A stretch of DNA of 64,000 nt from a virus: positions 4,336-68,335 of the IMG/VR virus record IMGVR_UViG_3300020187_000022, one strand, 5' to 3'. The notes beneath the pieces are model-generated. The model was not told the DNA's origin, did no database searches, and saw nothing but the letters and a program-made list of their open reading frames with translations. This document shows, piece after piece, positions 1 to 9,508 of this stretch. The position numbers were made by a program, and so were the translations under genes. Numbering within the stretch: the stretch's first letter is position 1; each line of letters starts with the position of its first letter.

Positions 1-47
1 AATTAGGTTTTTCTGAAAAAAGGATTTAAGTTTAATTTATAAGATCA

Positions 48-121
48 GGTCCTATAGCTCAAATGGATAGAGCAACAGCCTTCTAAGCTGTAGGTTCAAG
101 GTTCGAGTCCTTGTGGGATCA
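48..121 (+). tRNA. tRNA-Arg(UCU)
   Basis: Cloverleaf: acceptor GGTCCTA/TGGGATC, D-arm GCTC..GAGC, anticodon arm ACAGC-CTTCTAA-GCTGT (TCT), T-arm CAAGG-TTCGAGT-CCTTG. Followed by CCT, so CCA is not encoded. Confidence 0.95.
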
Positions 122-140
122 CCTTTAACACCAAAGAGAA

Positions 141-257
141 ATGAAACAAAATAAAAAAGATAGGTTACTTAAGATAGTAGCTTGGACAATCATTTTATCA
201 ATAACAATAATACTATGGCAAAAAATACTTCTGAAACTATTTCCAATAGAAATGTAA
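141..257 (+). CDS. small single-pass membrane protein (38 aa)
   Basis: Read by hand: MKQNKKDRLLKIVAWTIILSITIILWQKILLKLFPIEM*. A-rich leader; below the ORF-track cutoff. Confidence 0.5.
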   Translation: MKQNKKDRLLKIVAWTIILSITIILWQKILLKLFPIEM

Positions 258-1330
258 TACAAAATCAAGCACTTGAAGTAGCAAAAGCACATAAGAGATG
301 TGGATTGGGTATATCTATGGGTGTAGGTAAAACAAGAATTGCAATACAACACTTACAATATTGTTATAATCCATTAGTAGAAGCTTTAGTTGTTATACCC
401 AAACATTCAGTAGCGCAAGCTTGGATAGATGAGTTAGGAAAGTTAAACTTGCAAGATTTAATTAAACATATAACGTTTACTACTTACATATCACTAAAGA
501 AACATAATCCAAATAACTATGATATAGTCTATTTAGATGAGTGTCATAGTTTATTGGAAAGCCATGAAATCTTTTTATCACAGTTTACTGGTAAGATATT
601 AGGATTGACAGGTACTCCACCGAAAGATGATTTCTCTAGTAAAGCAGTAATGGTAAATAAATATTGCCCTATTAAATATAGGTTTACTGTAGATCAAGCA
701 ACAGACTCTAACATCTTAAATAATTATAGAATTATAGTTCATCAGTTAGAACTATCTAAGAAACCTACGTTGAAGAAGACTAAGAAGAATGGTGGCTACT
801 GGTATACAACTGAACTTAAAGATTATAATTATGTAAGCTCAAGAGTTGCAGAGGCTCAATCACCCAAACAAAAGCAGTTCGCTGCTATTATGAGGATGAG
901 AGCATTGATGGAATATAGTACTAAAGAGCTATATGTTAAGTCATTAGTGACTAAACTAAGATCTAAATGTATTATATTTGCAAATACCCAAAAACAAGCA
1001 GATAAGCTGTGCAAGCATAGCTATCATTCTGGTAATAAATTGTCTGAAGATAATTTAGAATTGTTTTCTGATGGTAGAATAGATCAGCTATCATGCGTCT
1101 TACAGCTGTCAGAAGGTATAAGTATACCAAACTTAAAAGAAGGTATTATTATGCATGCATATGGTAATGAAAGAAAGTCCTCACAGAGGATTGGAAGGCT
1201 TCTAAGGTTAAACCCTTCAGATACTGCAACATGCCATATACTGTGCTATAAAGGCACACAGGATGAAGTCTGGGTTGAAAAAGCCCTTAAAGACTTTGAT
1301 ACAACTAAAATTAAATACTATAAACCTTAA
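215..1330 (+). CDS. superfamily 2 (DExH) helicase
   Basis: GVGKT Walker A, DECH, TGT motif III, QRIGR motif VI. ATG at 215 preferred over TTG at 182. Confidence 0.9.
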   Translation: MAKNTSETISNRNVIQNQALEVAKAHKRCGLGISMGVGKTRIAIQHLQYCYNPLVEALVVIPKHSVAQAWIDELGKLNLQDLIKHITFTTYISLKKHNPNNYDIVYLDECHSLLESHEIFLSQFTGKILGLTGTPPKDDFSSKAVMVNKYCPIKYRFTVDQATDSNILNNYRIIVHQLELSKKPTLKKTKKNGGYWYTTELKDYNYVSSRVAEAQSPKQKQFAAIMRMRALMEYSTKELYVKSLVTKLRSKCIIFANTQKQADKLCKHSYHSGNKLSEDNLELFSDGRIDQLSCVLQLSEGISIPNLKEGIIMHAYGNERKSSQRIGRLLRLNPSDTATCHILCYKGTQDEVWVEKALKDFDTTKIKYYKP

Positions 1331-1342
1331 AAAATCAAAATC

Positions 1343-1510
1343 ATGGAAACATTAATTATTATCTTATGCACCACCATAGCACTATGTGGAATCTTTATTT
1401 CTTATTTAGTAGGAAAAAACAATGGAGCTAAAGAAATCAAAGCCACTTTAAATAGCATGACTATAAGACAAATGATAGCTAATAAGAGAGATGAATTTAA
1501 ATCTATATAG
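1343..1510 (+). CDS. small membrane-anchored hypothetical protein (55 aa)
   Basis: METLIIILCTTIALCGIFISYLVG...FKSI*, fills the gap between the helicase and the next gene. Confidence 0.6.
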   Translation: METLIIILCTTIALCGIFISYLVGKNNGAKEIKATLNSMTIRQMIANKRDEFKSI

Positions 1511-1512
1511 CT

Positions 1513-1752
1513 ATGGGACGCATGAAAGAATTATTTATAGAGAAACAAGAAGAACTAGAATACCGTGGCGTTCATGACTCTATGATACACAGTTATGCTA
1601 GAAAAGCAATAGAAGAATATATAGAAGAAGGTGATACACCTTGTCCTAACTGTAACATGCCAACTTTGTTACGCAATGAATCAAATGCTAAGTGCACTGA
1701 GTGTGCTCAAGAGTTTGTTTATGTTGACGGAGGAGCACTAAGATTTTTGTGA
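1513..1752 (+). CDS. zinc-ribbon protein
   Basis: CPNC...CTEC pair near the C-terminus. Confidence 0.7.
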   Translation: MGRMKELFIEKQEELEYRGVHDSMIHSYARKAIEEYIEEGDTPCPNCNMPTLLRNESNAKCTECAQEFVYVDGGALRFL

Positions 1753-1753
1753 T

Positions 1754-1993
1754 ATGGAATTTATAACAAACACAGGAGAAACAGTAGAAGTAGAATATAC
1801 TTATGATCCAGGTGAACCAGACCAATGGTATGATTCCAACGGAGATCCAGGTACACCGGGTTATGGACCATCAGCAGATATAAAGCATGTTTGGTATACT
1901 AATACGGATGTTAATGGTAATCAAGTTACTGTAGACGTACAACACTTATTAGAAGAAGACATAGAAGAAAAGATTTTAGAACGTCATGAGTGA
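1754..1993 (+). CDS. acidic hypothetical protein
   Basis: 79-aa ORF tightly packed in the operon. Confidence 0.65.
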   Translation: MEFITNTGETVEVEYTYDPGEPDQWYDSNGDPGTPGYGPSADIKHVWYTNTDVNGNQVTVDVQHLLEEDIEEKILERHE

Positions 1994-2126
1994 AAAAATA
2001 GTAAAAATAGTTAATAACACAACTTATGTTTTTATGAATGGTCAGTGGTTTAATGAGAAGTCTAATGTAGAATTAGATCCTCATGATCCGGACTATCGTG
2101 TAGCATGGGATATAAAACCAATATAA
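1986..2126 (+). CDS. hypothetical protein (46 aa)
   Basis: MSEKIVKIVNNTTYVFMNGQWF...DIKPI*, overlaps the previous stop. Confidence 0.5.
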   Translation: MSEKIVKIVNNTTYVFMNGQWFNEKSNVELDPHDPDYRVAWDIKPI

Positions 2127-2127
2127 A

Positions 2128-2283
2128 ATGGCAAAGAAAAAAAAGAAAGTTAGACAGTATAGAAGTAATCAAGGTAGATCACCTGAGAAAATGGAAAAGA
2201 TTTACAAGGGTTGCTTTTGGATAATAGTAATAGCTCTATCTTGTGTAGCAAGTGCGGGTATATATAATTTATTGTCTTTATGA
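2128..2283 (+). CDS. small basic membrane protein (51 aa)
   Basis: MAKKKKKVRQYRSNQGRSPEKMEKIYKGCFWIIVIALSCVASAGIYNLLSL*. ATGA overlap with the next gene. Confidence 0.6.
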   Translation: MAKKKKKVRQYRSNQGRSPEKMEKIYKGCFWIIVIALSCVASAGIYNLLSL

Positions 2284-2663
2284 AAGATAACTTATTTGTA
2301 AAAGCATCAATTAAGAACGGTGAACTACATTTCCCTATAAAAGCAGTGGGCACTAGGTTTAAGAAGTTCTTAAATCAATTACCTGATGATTCTAAATTAG
2401 AAATATTTATAGGAATTGGTGGTGATAAAGGTAGTAACCCACAATTAGCCAGGATACATGCTATGATTAGAGAAATAGCACAAGAAATTGGCTACACATT
2501 TGTAGAAGCCAAATTAGAAGTAAAAAGAGCCGCCGGCTTATGTTTTGTAAGAGACAGACAAGAGTATTGTAAGTCTTTTGCAGATTGTGACAAAGATGAA
2601 TTAAATCTTGCAATACAAGCATGTGTGGAAATAGGAAACTTTAATGGTATGAATCTAAGATAA
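2280..2663 (+). CDS. NinB/YbcN-like recombination accessory protein
   Basis: SNPQLARIHAMIREIAQEIG...KSFADCDKDEL resembles the NinB pattern. Confidence 0.5.
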   Translation: MKDNLFVKASIKNGELHFPIKAVGTRFKKFLNQLPDDSKLEIFIGIGGDKGSNPQLARIHAMIREIAQEIGYTFVEAKLEVKRAAGLCFVRDRQEYCKSFADCDKDELNLAIQACVEIGNFNGMNLR

Positions 2664-3092
2664 CTATTTAACTATAGTCATTTTAGCATTTATATCCTTA
2701 ATTTTTTCTGATACATCTGATCCTTTCTGGATCATCTTGGCAAGTTCTTCTAAGTCAGCTTTAGTTGCTGTAGTTTCTGTTTTAACTTCTAAGTTTTGCT
2801 GTTGAGCTAAATACTTAAATAGCTGAATTAAGGAAAACAAAGTGTATATATCAGCCTCAAACTCATCTAAAGGTACTTGCTCTTGCTCATCTAATGGTAA
2901 TTTAGCTTGAGAAACAATTTTCTCAAACTTAGCAAAGATACCTGGCAGTTCAGCACCTCTTTCACTGTTTTGAATAATCATTTTATTAGTGATTCTTTCT
3001 AAACCATGTATATATGCAGGATTAATTTCTATACCTGTAATGTTCTTGGTAAAATCATATGTAACTCGTGAATGCAGTTCTTGGTCAGCCAT
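2664..3092 (-). CDS. hypothetical protein (lone antisense gene)
   Basis: ORF MADQELHSR... (ATG 3092) fills the gap exactly and has its own TATATTTG box upstream. Confidence 0.75.
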   Translation of the reverse strand: MADQELHSRVTYDFTKNITGIEINPAYIHGLERITNKMIIQNSERGAELPGIFAKFEKIVSQAKLPLDEQEQVPLDEFEADIYTLFSLIQLFKYLAQQQNLEVKTETTATKADLEELAKMIQKGSDVSEKIKDINAKMTIVK

Positions 3093-3109
3093 AATAATTA
3101 ATTTAATAA

Positions 3110-3117
3110 CAAATATA
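3110..3117 (-). promoter_or_regulatory. Bacteroidota sigma-A-type -7 element
   Basis: TATATTTG on the - strand, 17 nt upstream of ATG 3092. Confidence 0.5.
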
Positions 3118-3135
3118 CTATAATTTACTAAAAAA

Positions 3136-3816
3136 ATGGATATAGACATCAATATATTAAGAGATAATTTAAATAATAAACTGGAAAACAGTGGTTGGGA
3201 CCGAATGCTTTCACCATATGTAAATGGATTAAGTTTTGATTATATAATGGAAAAACTACGTGACAGTGTAGAACAAGGTAGGCGCTTTACTCCTAGGTTT
3301 AAAGATGTGTTTAATGGTTTTTATGAATGTCCTTATGATGACTTAAAGGTTGTTATTGTAGGACAAGATCCTTATCCGCAGCTTGGCGTTGCAGATGGAA
3401 TTGCATTTAGTTGCAGTAGAAAAGGTAAAGCTGAAAAGTCATTACAATATATACTTAAAGCTCTTGAAGATAAGGATGGAGATGTAGATTTAAGACGTTG
3501 GTCTAATCAAGGCGTGCTCTTAATTAATACAGCATTTACATGTGAGATAAACAAAATTGGTTCTCATTATGGTATATGGAAATCTTTTACAGAACATGTC
3601 TTTGACAATATCAATAGGCATAACCCAAATACAATATTTATATTGATGGGTAAGAAAGCAGAAGCATGGCAAACTTTACTTCCTAACTGTAAAATTTTAA
3701 AATGTCCTCATCCAGCATCTGCTGCATATAGAGGAGGAGAATGGGATTGCAATGATGTATTTAACAAAGCAAACACAATGTTAATTAAGCAAGATAAAAC
3801 TTGTATAAACTGGTAA
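3136..3816 (+). CDS. ung: uracil-DNA glycosylase, family 1
   Basis: VVIVGQDPY, GIAFS, WSNQGVLLIN and HPAS motifs. Confidence 0.95.
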   Translation: MDIDINILRDNLNNKLENSGWDRMLSPYVNGLSFDYIMEKLRDSVEQGRRFTPRFKDVFNGFYECPYDDLKVVIVGQDPYPQLGVADGIAFSCSRKGKAEKSLQYILKALEDKDGDVDLRRWSNQGVLLINTAFTCEINKIGSHYGIWKSFTEHVFDNINRHNPNTIFILMGKKAEAWQTLLPNCKILKCPHPASAAYRGGEWDCNDVFNKANTMLIKQDKTCINW

Positions 3817-3831
3817 TAATGGGTATATTTG
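3801..3831 (+). promoter_or_regulatory. Bacteroidota sigma-A-type promoter (-33/-7)
   Basis: TTG(3801-3803)-N20-TATATTTG(3824-3831), upstream of ATG 3853. Confidence 0.6.
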
Positions 3832-3852
3832 TTACCCCGTAATAGTAATTAA

Positions 3853-4362
3853 ATGGTTGACACTCAAAAGATTAAGCAAAAAGCTCAGATAGAGCGCTTT
3901 AAAAAAAGATTTTACAGAGAGCATGATATAAAGTTGTTTGTATTGACTCCTGCAATTTCTAAATCTAATTTAACTCTATCAATGTATAAGCAATTAACTA
4001 TGCTTGCTGTTGTTGAAGAACACCCTAAGTATGCAAAGTATAATTTCAAAACTAAATCAAGAGAGCGTGACTTTATATTGTATATCCAGGCAATGAGTTT
4101 CTTAGCCAGTAAAGATGGTTATTCTAAAACTTCTATTGGAAAAGCAATTTATAGAAACCATGCTACAGTTATAAACTCTTGTAGAATAATTAATAATGGT
4201 ATAGAAACCAGAGATAAAAAAATCTGTACAATACTGCAGAATTTACAAACTAAAATAGATACATATGTGGGAACTGTTGCAAAAAATATTGAAAGAAAAG
4301 ATGACACCAAACCAGTGTCTGATCCTATTTGGGATGAAGCAAGGCGTTTCATCAACAGCTAG
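3853..4362 (+). CDS. DnaA domain IV (Bac_DnaA_C)-like DNA-binding protein
   Basis: YSKTSIGKAIYRNHATVINSCRII matches the DnaA C-terminal HTH (S...IG..f.RDHTTV.ha). Confidence 0.7.
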   Translation: MVDTQKIKQKAQIERFKKRFYREHDIKLFVLTPAISKSNLTLSMYKQLTMLAVVEEHPKYAKYNFKTKSRERDFILYIQAMSFLASKDGYSKTSIGKAIYRNHATVINSCRIINNGIETRDKKICTILQNLQTKIDTYVGTVAKNIERKDDTKPVSDPIWDEARRFINS

Positions 4363-4855
4363 TAGTAAATTAGATAAAGACATATTGGTTTCTAATGGAT
4401 TTTTAATATTTGAAAAGGATACATATAAGTTAACACCAAGCGCAAAAGCGTTCTGTGCTAAGCTTGACAATTATTTTATTAAAGCAAAGAAGAAGACTGA
4501 TATTCAGCTAATGGGTAAAAACTTCTCTGAGCAAATAAATGCATATAGAGAAACATTTCCTAATACTAGACTACCTAGCGGTAAGCCTGCAAGAGTAAAT
4601 GTAAAAATGTTATCAGAATCATTTAGATGGTTCTTTGAAACATATGATTATGAATGGCCTGATGTTATAAAAGCAACTAAGATGTATGTAAATGAATACC
4701 GGGATGCAGAGTATATGTATATGCAGACCAGTCAATACTTTATATGCAAGCAAGATAAGCATAAAGTTAAGTCTTCTACTTTAGCTGACTATTGTGACAT
4801 GATTAGAGATGGAATTGATACAGAAGAAAAAACTTTTAAAGAAAAGGTAGTATAA
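4265..4855 (+). CDS. hypothetical replication protein (possible initiator/helicase loader)
   Basis: 196-aa ORF whose stop overlaps the dnaB start. Function inferred from position only. Confidence 0.55.
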   Translation: MWELLQKILKEKMTPNQCLILFGMKQGVSSTASSKLDKDILVSNGFLIFEKDTYKLTPSAKAFCAKLDNYFIKAKKKTDIQLMGKNFSEQINAYRETFPNTRLPSGKPARVNVKMLSESFRWFFETYDYEWPDVIKATKMYVNEYRDAEYMYMQTSQYFICKQDKHKVKSSTLADYCDMIRDGIDTEEKTFKEKVV

Positions 4856-5811
4856 TGGGTAAAACTGATAAATCATGGGTAGGACAACATGCTGCATTTA
4901 GCGAAGCATTAAAATATATGAACGCTAGGCAAAAGGGTGAAGAGAAATCTATATACACACCTTGGCCTAAGTTTAATGATGCTGCTACTGATGGTTTAGA
5001 ATGGAATACTCTAACTGTTATTGGTGGTAGGCCTGGTTCAGGTAAAACATTAATCAAAGATCAAATCATTAGAGAGTCATTTGCACTTAACCCTCATGAT
5101 GAGTTTAGAGTATTAGAATTTCAATTTGAGATGGTGGGTAGAACCTCAGCAATCAGAGAATTTAGTTCTATGACTGGTAAAACATATAAGGAATTGTGTA
5201 GTGCAGGTAGTATTTTACAACCGGAAGTATTGAATAAGTGTTTAATGTATGCCAAGGAAAGAGTTAAGAATCCTGTAGATATAATTAGCACGCCCTTAAC
5301 TGTAAATCAAATGCGTGAGCAAATTGACATGTATATGAATTTACATAAAGGTAAGAAGACAATTGTAACACTTGATCATACAATGTTAGTCAAGAGAGCA
5401 CCTTATCAAAATAACACATTAGATATGATGTTTGAGTTAGGTGAGTTTTTTACACAATGTAAAAGGGATTATCCCATTCTGTTTATTGCTTTATCACAAT
5501 TAAACAGAAACATAGATAGTCCAGAGAGAGCAATTGACGGTAAGTATGGTAACTATATATTAGAATCAGATATTTTTGGTTCAGATGCAATGTTACAGCA
5601 TGCGGATATGCTAATAGGTATTAACAGGCCAGCTAAGCAAAAGATTAGATACTATGGTCCTGATAGGTATATTATAGAAGATGACAAGACGTTAGTTTTA
5701 CATTTTCTAAAAGCAAGAAATGGTGATGCTAGAATGAGTTTCTTTAAAGCTAAGTTTGAACAGATGAAGATTGAAGAAATGCTAACACCATCACAACAAG
5801 AAAGAAGATAA
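4855..5811 (+). CDS. dnaB: DnaB-like replicative helicase
   Basis: GGRPGSGKT, FEM, LDH, LSQLNR, SDAMLQHAD and KARNG motifs. Confidence 0.93.
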   Translation: MGKTDKSWVGQHAAFSEALKYMNARQKGEEKSIYTPWPKFNDAATDGLEWNTLTVIGGRPGSGKTLIKDQIIRESFALNPHDEFRVLEFQFEMVGRTSAIREFSSMTGKTYKELCSAGSILQPEVLNKCLMYAKERVKNPVDIISTPLTVNQMREQIDMYMNLHKGKKTIVTLDHTMLVKRAPYQNNTLDMMFELGEFFTQCKRDYPILFIALSQLNRNIDSPERAIDGKYGNYILESDIFGSDAMLQHADMLIGINRPAKQKIRYYGPDRYIIEDDKTLVLHFLKARNGDARMSFFKAKFEQMKIEEMLTPSQQERR

Positions 5812-5830
5812 ACACTTAAAAAATTAATTA

Positions 5831-6373
5831 ATGGCAATATCAACTGCAGAGCGTAAAAAAAGAGTCTCTGATTTAAGAGAGTTGCATGAAGATTACTTTC
5901 AAACAGAAGGTAAGATTAATGCATTATACATACCTAAGATGGCATACAGGCCTTCTGGTAAGGATGAGTTACACGTAAGCTTTTTTCCTAGTGAATTAGA
6001 GAAAGAAGAAGATATATATACAGAGTTTGTAAGTATAGACTATGTAAGTGAAGATTCAAAGAGAACGTTATATCTTTTGCATTATAACCCACACTGGAAA
6101 TCAGAGTATGAACTTGTAACTTCTAACTCAGGATTTCAAAGACATATGATTCCTGTAAGTGAGTTAAAAGTAGTTAATGATATAGTTACTGCTCCTGCAA
6201 AACCAAAGTTCTCTACTAAATCTGTAAAGAGTGAAACATCTAGTAATATTGCTGATGTATTTAATATTGCTGACCCAGAAGCAACACCGTCTTCAGACTT
6301 AGTTAACAAATTGGAAGAAATTAATCAAACCTTGATAACCTTAACCAAAGTAATTAATAAATTTAATAAATAG
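5831..6373 (+). CDS. hypothetical protein
   Basis: 180-aa ORF in the replication operon. Confidence 0.7.
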   Translation: MAISTAERKKRVSDLRELHEDYFQTEGKINALYIPKMAYRPSGKDELHVSFFPSELEKEEDIYTEFVSIDYVSEDSKRTLYLLHYNPHWKSEYELVTSNSGFQRHMIPVSELKVVNDIVTAPAKPKFSTKSVKSETSSNIADVFNIADPEATPSSDLVNKLEEINQTLITLTKVINKFNK

Positions 6374-6375
6374 AT

Positions 6376-7059
6376 ATGGCGCAAAGTGTATTAGTCATAG
6401 CAGATTCAGGAACTGGAAAATCCACTGCTATTAGAAATTTAAATCCAGATGAAACTTTTATCATAAACATTGCTAATAAACCATTACCCTTTAAAGGTTG
6501 GAAGAAAAACTATACTTTAATTAGTAAAGAAAATCCTAAAGGTAATTTAGCATCAGCTTCTTCTGCTATAGGCATTATGAAAGCTATAAAACATGTAGAT
6601 GAGAAAATGCCTGCAATCAAAACTCTAGTAGTTGATGACTGGCAATATATGAGCTCCTTTGAGTATTTTGATAGAGCTAATGAGAAAGGTTATGATAAGT
6701 TTACTCAAATTGCGGCTAATCTTGCCCAGGTGGCTAAGATGCCTAAAGATTTAAGAGATGACTTAACTGTAATTTTCTTAACTCATTCGGAAGATTCAAC
6801 AGATTTAAATGGAAATAGAAAGGTTAAAGCAAAAACTATAGGTAAAATGATAGACAATACTTTGACTTTAGAAGGCTTATTTTCAATTGTGTTATTTGGT
6901 AAAGTAAATAAAAATGATGATGGTGAACTTGAATATGGTTTTGAAACTCAAAACAATGGAGAGAACACATGTAAATCACCTCAAGGTATGTTTGAAGAAC
7001 GCTTCATCCCAAACAACCTACAGTATGTAAAAGACTGTATGAAAAAATATGAAGAATAA
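6376..7059 (+). CDS. AAA_24/Sak4-like ATPase
   Basis: ADSGTGKST Walker A, LVVDD Walker B, FLTHS and KSPQGMF. Confidence 0.8.
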   Translation: MAQSVLVIADSGTGKSTAIRNLNPDETFIINIANKPLPFKGWKKNYTLISKENPKGNLASASSAIGIMKAIKHVDEKMPAIKTLVVDDWQYMSSFEYFDRANEKGYDKFTQIAANLAQVAKMPKDLRDDLTVIFLTHSEDSTDLNGNRKVKAKTIGKMIDNTLTLEGLFSIVLFGKVNKNDDGELEYGFETQNNGENTCKSPQGMFEERFIPNNLQYVKDCMKKYEE

Positions 7060-7084
7060 TTAATAAATTAATAAAACAAAAATT

Positions 7085-7759
7085 ATGTTAAGTACCAGTG
7101 GAATGTCAGCCGGAAGCGGTAAAGAAAAACCAGTAATTGGACCAGGAAATCAAGTTGTTAAAATCAACTCAATCACATTTGATGTAACGCCATATGCTGC
7201 GGATGCATTTAATATTATGTTACATGTAGAATCAGAACCTATAGAAGGAGAATTTCAAGGTTTCTTATTAGATCCTAATAATCCAAATAGTCCGCGTTAT
7301 GCAGGCCAAGTAGGAAGAGTAAGATTTTCTCAGTATGCATATAAAGATGCTATCTTACCAAACGGTAATGAAATCAGTAGAGACACTGAAGTTATGAAAG
7401 CAATGATTTTTCTTTCAGAGCAAATTGGTAAGAGAACTGAGTTAGATGCTATTCAAGCAAATACTATTGAAGAATTTATGCTTAAATGTAATACTGTATT
7501 ATCAGGACCTACATATGTAAATGTTTGTTTAGGTACCCGTGAGTGGGAAAACAAAGATGGTTACATAAATAATGATCTTTACTTACCAAAGCTAAGCAAA
7601 GCGGGAATTCCTCTTGAAGCTTTAGGTGTAGAAAATTCTAGATTAATTACATATAATGTAAATGATAAGAATCACTACAGACCTGTTATAGTTAAAGAAG
7701 TACCAGCAACAAATGCATTTGAACCAGCTCCAGCATCAGGTGATGATTTTGATTTGTAA
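7085..7759 (+). CDS. putative single-stranded DNA-binding protein
   Basis: Follows the Sak4-like ATPase; acidic aromatic C-tail GDDFDL. Confidence 0.55.
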   Translation: MLSTSGMSAGSGKEKPVIGPGNQVVKINSITFDVTPYAADAFNIMLHVESEPIEGEFQGFLLDPNNPNSPRYAGQVGRVRFSQYAYKDAILPNGNEISRDTEVMKAMIFLSEQIGKRTELDAIQANTIEEFMLKCNTVLSGPTYVNVCLGTREWENKDGYINNDLYLPKLSKAGIPLEALGVENSRLITYNVNDKNHYRPVIVKEVPATNAFEPAPASGDDFDL

Positions 7760-7777
7760 ATCAATATAATAATATTA

Positions 7778-7810
7778 AGAGGGGGTGATCTAGGTTGTCC
7801 CCTTTTTTTT
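7778..7810 (+). terminator. intrinsic terminator
   Basis: GGGGGTGAT...GTTGTCCCC hairpin followed by T8. Confidence 0.7.
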
Positions 7811-7827
7811 ATTTAATTTTAGCCTTT

Positions 7828-8805
7828 ATGTTTAACACAAAAAATTTAGTATTAGATGAACAAGATATACCCAGTTATTGGGTATTTCAGTATTATTTAA
7901 ATCTGTCTGAGCCGTTGACGGGTCAGGATATAAAGCTAACATCTATATTTAATCCAAATGAGAAGACACCAAGTTTCTGTATATATGTAGATAAGAAGAT
8001 TAGACAATATAAGTTTAAAGATTTTTCTACAGGAAGAAACGGTAATAAAGTTGATTTGGTAAAGATGCTATTTAATATAGAGTATCCAGAAGCTGCTAGA
8101 AGAATAGTAAAGGATTATAATTTGCATGTAAAGACTAATGGTTTTGAAGAAGTAAAATTTAAGCCAGAAGCAAAATGGAAAGTAGACTTTATTAAGACAA
8201 GGCCTTGGAATGAAACTGATGGTAAATATTGGTTGTCATTTAGAATAGGTATGTCTATATTATCAGAATATAATGTAAAACCTATTGAGTATTATAATTT
8301 AGTTAAAGAAGATAAGAATAAAGTAGAATCTCTTACTATAAAAAATGCATGTCTTTACGGTTATTTTGATAAATCAGGTGAAGTATTTAAGATATACCAG
8401 CCTACCAGTAGCAAGCATAAATTTCACAAAGTAAAAAAATATCTTCAAGGTTATGATCAACTTAAGTTTGACAAGCCATATTTAGTAATATGTTCTTCTC
8501 TTAAAGATGCATTGTGCTTGAAGAGTATGGGTTATAATATAGAAGTATTAGCTCCTGATAGTGAAAATACAATGATAAAAGCTTATGTAATAGAGCATTT
8601 AAAAAAGAAGTACAAAAAAGTAATAACTCTCTTTGATAATGATGAGGCTGGCCTCAAGGCTGTTGAAAGATATGCTAATGCATATAAGATTAACGGTTTT
8701 GTACCAACTATATGCAAAGACATATCAGACGCTATGAAGTTACATGGTTTTGATAAGGTTCATGCAATGCTAAAGCCATTATTGAAAGAAACATTAAATA
8801 AATAA
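7828..8805 (+). CDS. DNA primase (TOPRIM)
   Basis: N-terminal S.FNPNEKTPSF...FKDFSTG domain; ICSSLKDAL and LFDNDEAG...KDISD TOPRIM motifs. Confidence 0.85.
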   Translation: MFNTKNLVLDEQDIPSYWVFQYYLNLSEPLTGQDIKLTSIFNPNEKTPSFCIYVDKKIRQYKFKDFSTGRNGNKVDLVKMLFNIEYPEAARRIVKDYNLHVKTNGFEEVKFKPEAKWKVDFIKTRPWNETDGKYWLSFRIGMSILSEYNVKPIEYYNLVKEDKNKVESLTIKNACLYGYFDKSGEVFKIYQPTSSKHKFHKVKKYLQGYDQLKFDKPYLVICSSLKDALCLKSMGYNIEVLAPDSENTMIKAYVIEHLKKKYKKVITLFDNDEAGLKAVERYANAYKINGFVPTICKDISDAMKLHGFDKVHAMLKPLLKETLNK

Positions 8806-8807
8806 AT

Positions 8808-8915
8808 ATGATAGAAGCAATAGGTTGGCTAGCAATAGCCGTAGTAGTAATGATAGTTGGAAAAGCAGTGGCTAAAAAGTTATGGCCAGAAGACTGGAAT
8901 AATGATGTATTTTAA
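8808..8915 (+). CDS. small membrane protein (35 aa)
   Basis: MIEAIGWLAIAVVVMIVGKAVAKKLWPEDWNNDVF*. Confidence 0.55.
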   Translation: MIEAIGWLAIAVVVMIVGKAVAKKLWPEDWNNDVF

Positions 8916-8916
8916 T

Positions 8917-9126
8917 ATGGAATTACATAACGTACCTAGAAATAGTAGAATAAGAGTAATTACTCAAGATAAAGTACCGCCCGGAGCTCCGCCCGTTGAT
9001 GAAGGAGAAGAACTTAACTTTAGATCTATAGATGGAATGTATAGTTACTGTACCAGAGATAATGGTGAAGTAGTACATTTAGTAGCATGGACTGAAGTAG
9101 AAATAATAAAAGACTATGTCAAATAA
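8917..9126 (+). CDS. hypothetical protein
   Basis: MELHNVPRNSR..., start re-called to ATG 8917. Confidence 0.6.
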   Translation: MELHNVPRNSRIRVITQDKVPPGAPPVDEGEELNFRSIDGMYSYCTRDNGEVVHLVAWTEVEIIKDYVK

Positions 9127-9508
9127 AAGATGGTTTATACCAGGATCAGTTCCAAGTAGTAAGAATGGCCGTAGATGGACAGGTAAATACTTTATAGCTA
9201 GTAAAGCTGTAATGAACTATAGAAAGATTGCTAAAGATTATTATGCAAAATATGCAGATGATTTTAAAGCTGAGCTTGCTAAACATTCATTACCAGCAAA
9301 AATATCTTTTACATTTGTTAGAGGATCTCGTCACAAGTTTGACTATATAAACCCTGCACAAACGGTACAGGATGATATGGTTAAAGCAGGATGGATTGAA
9401 GATGACAATGCAGAATTTATTTTACCCGTCTTTATTCAATATACTTATGATAAAGAAAAACCAGGTGTTTATATTGAAATATTAAATAATGAACAAGATA
9501 ACAATTGA
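9116..9508 (+). CDS. RusA-like Holliday junction resolvase
   Basis: VPSSKN, FDYIN...VQDDM and WIEDDN acidic catalytic pattern. Confidence 0.75.
   Translation: MSNKRWFIPGSVPSSKNGRRWTGKYFIASKAVMNYRKIAKDYYAKYADDFKAELAKHSLPAKISFTFVRGSRHKFDYINPAQTVQDDMVKAGWIEDDNAEFILPVFIQYTYDKEKPGVYIEILNNEQDNN

Noticed and set aside
125-352. - strand 75-aa ORF, and similar - strand ORFs at 4149-5843, 13238, 15792, 17948 and 18945
   Set aside because: They overlap well-supported + strand genes and show no recognisable features.
2128-2160. Possible frameshift in the A-run after ATG 2128
   Set aside because: Recounting shows the frame is continuous (MAKKKKKVRQYRSNQGR...).
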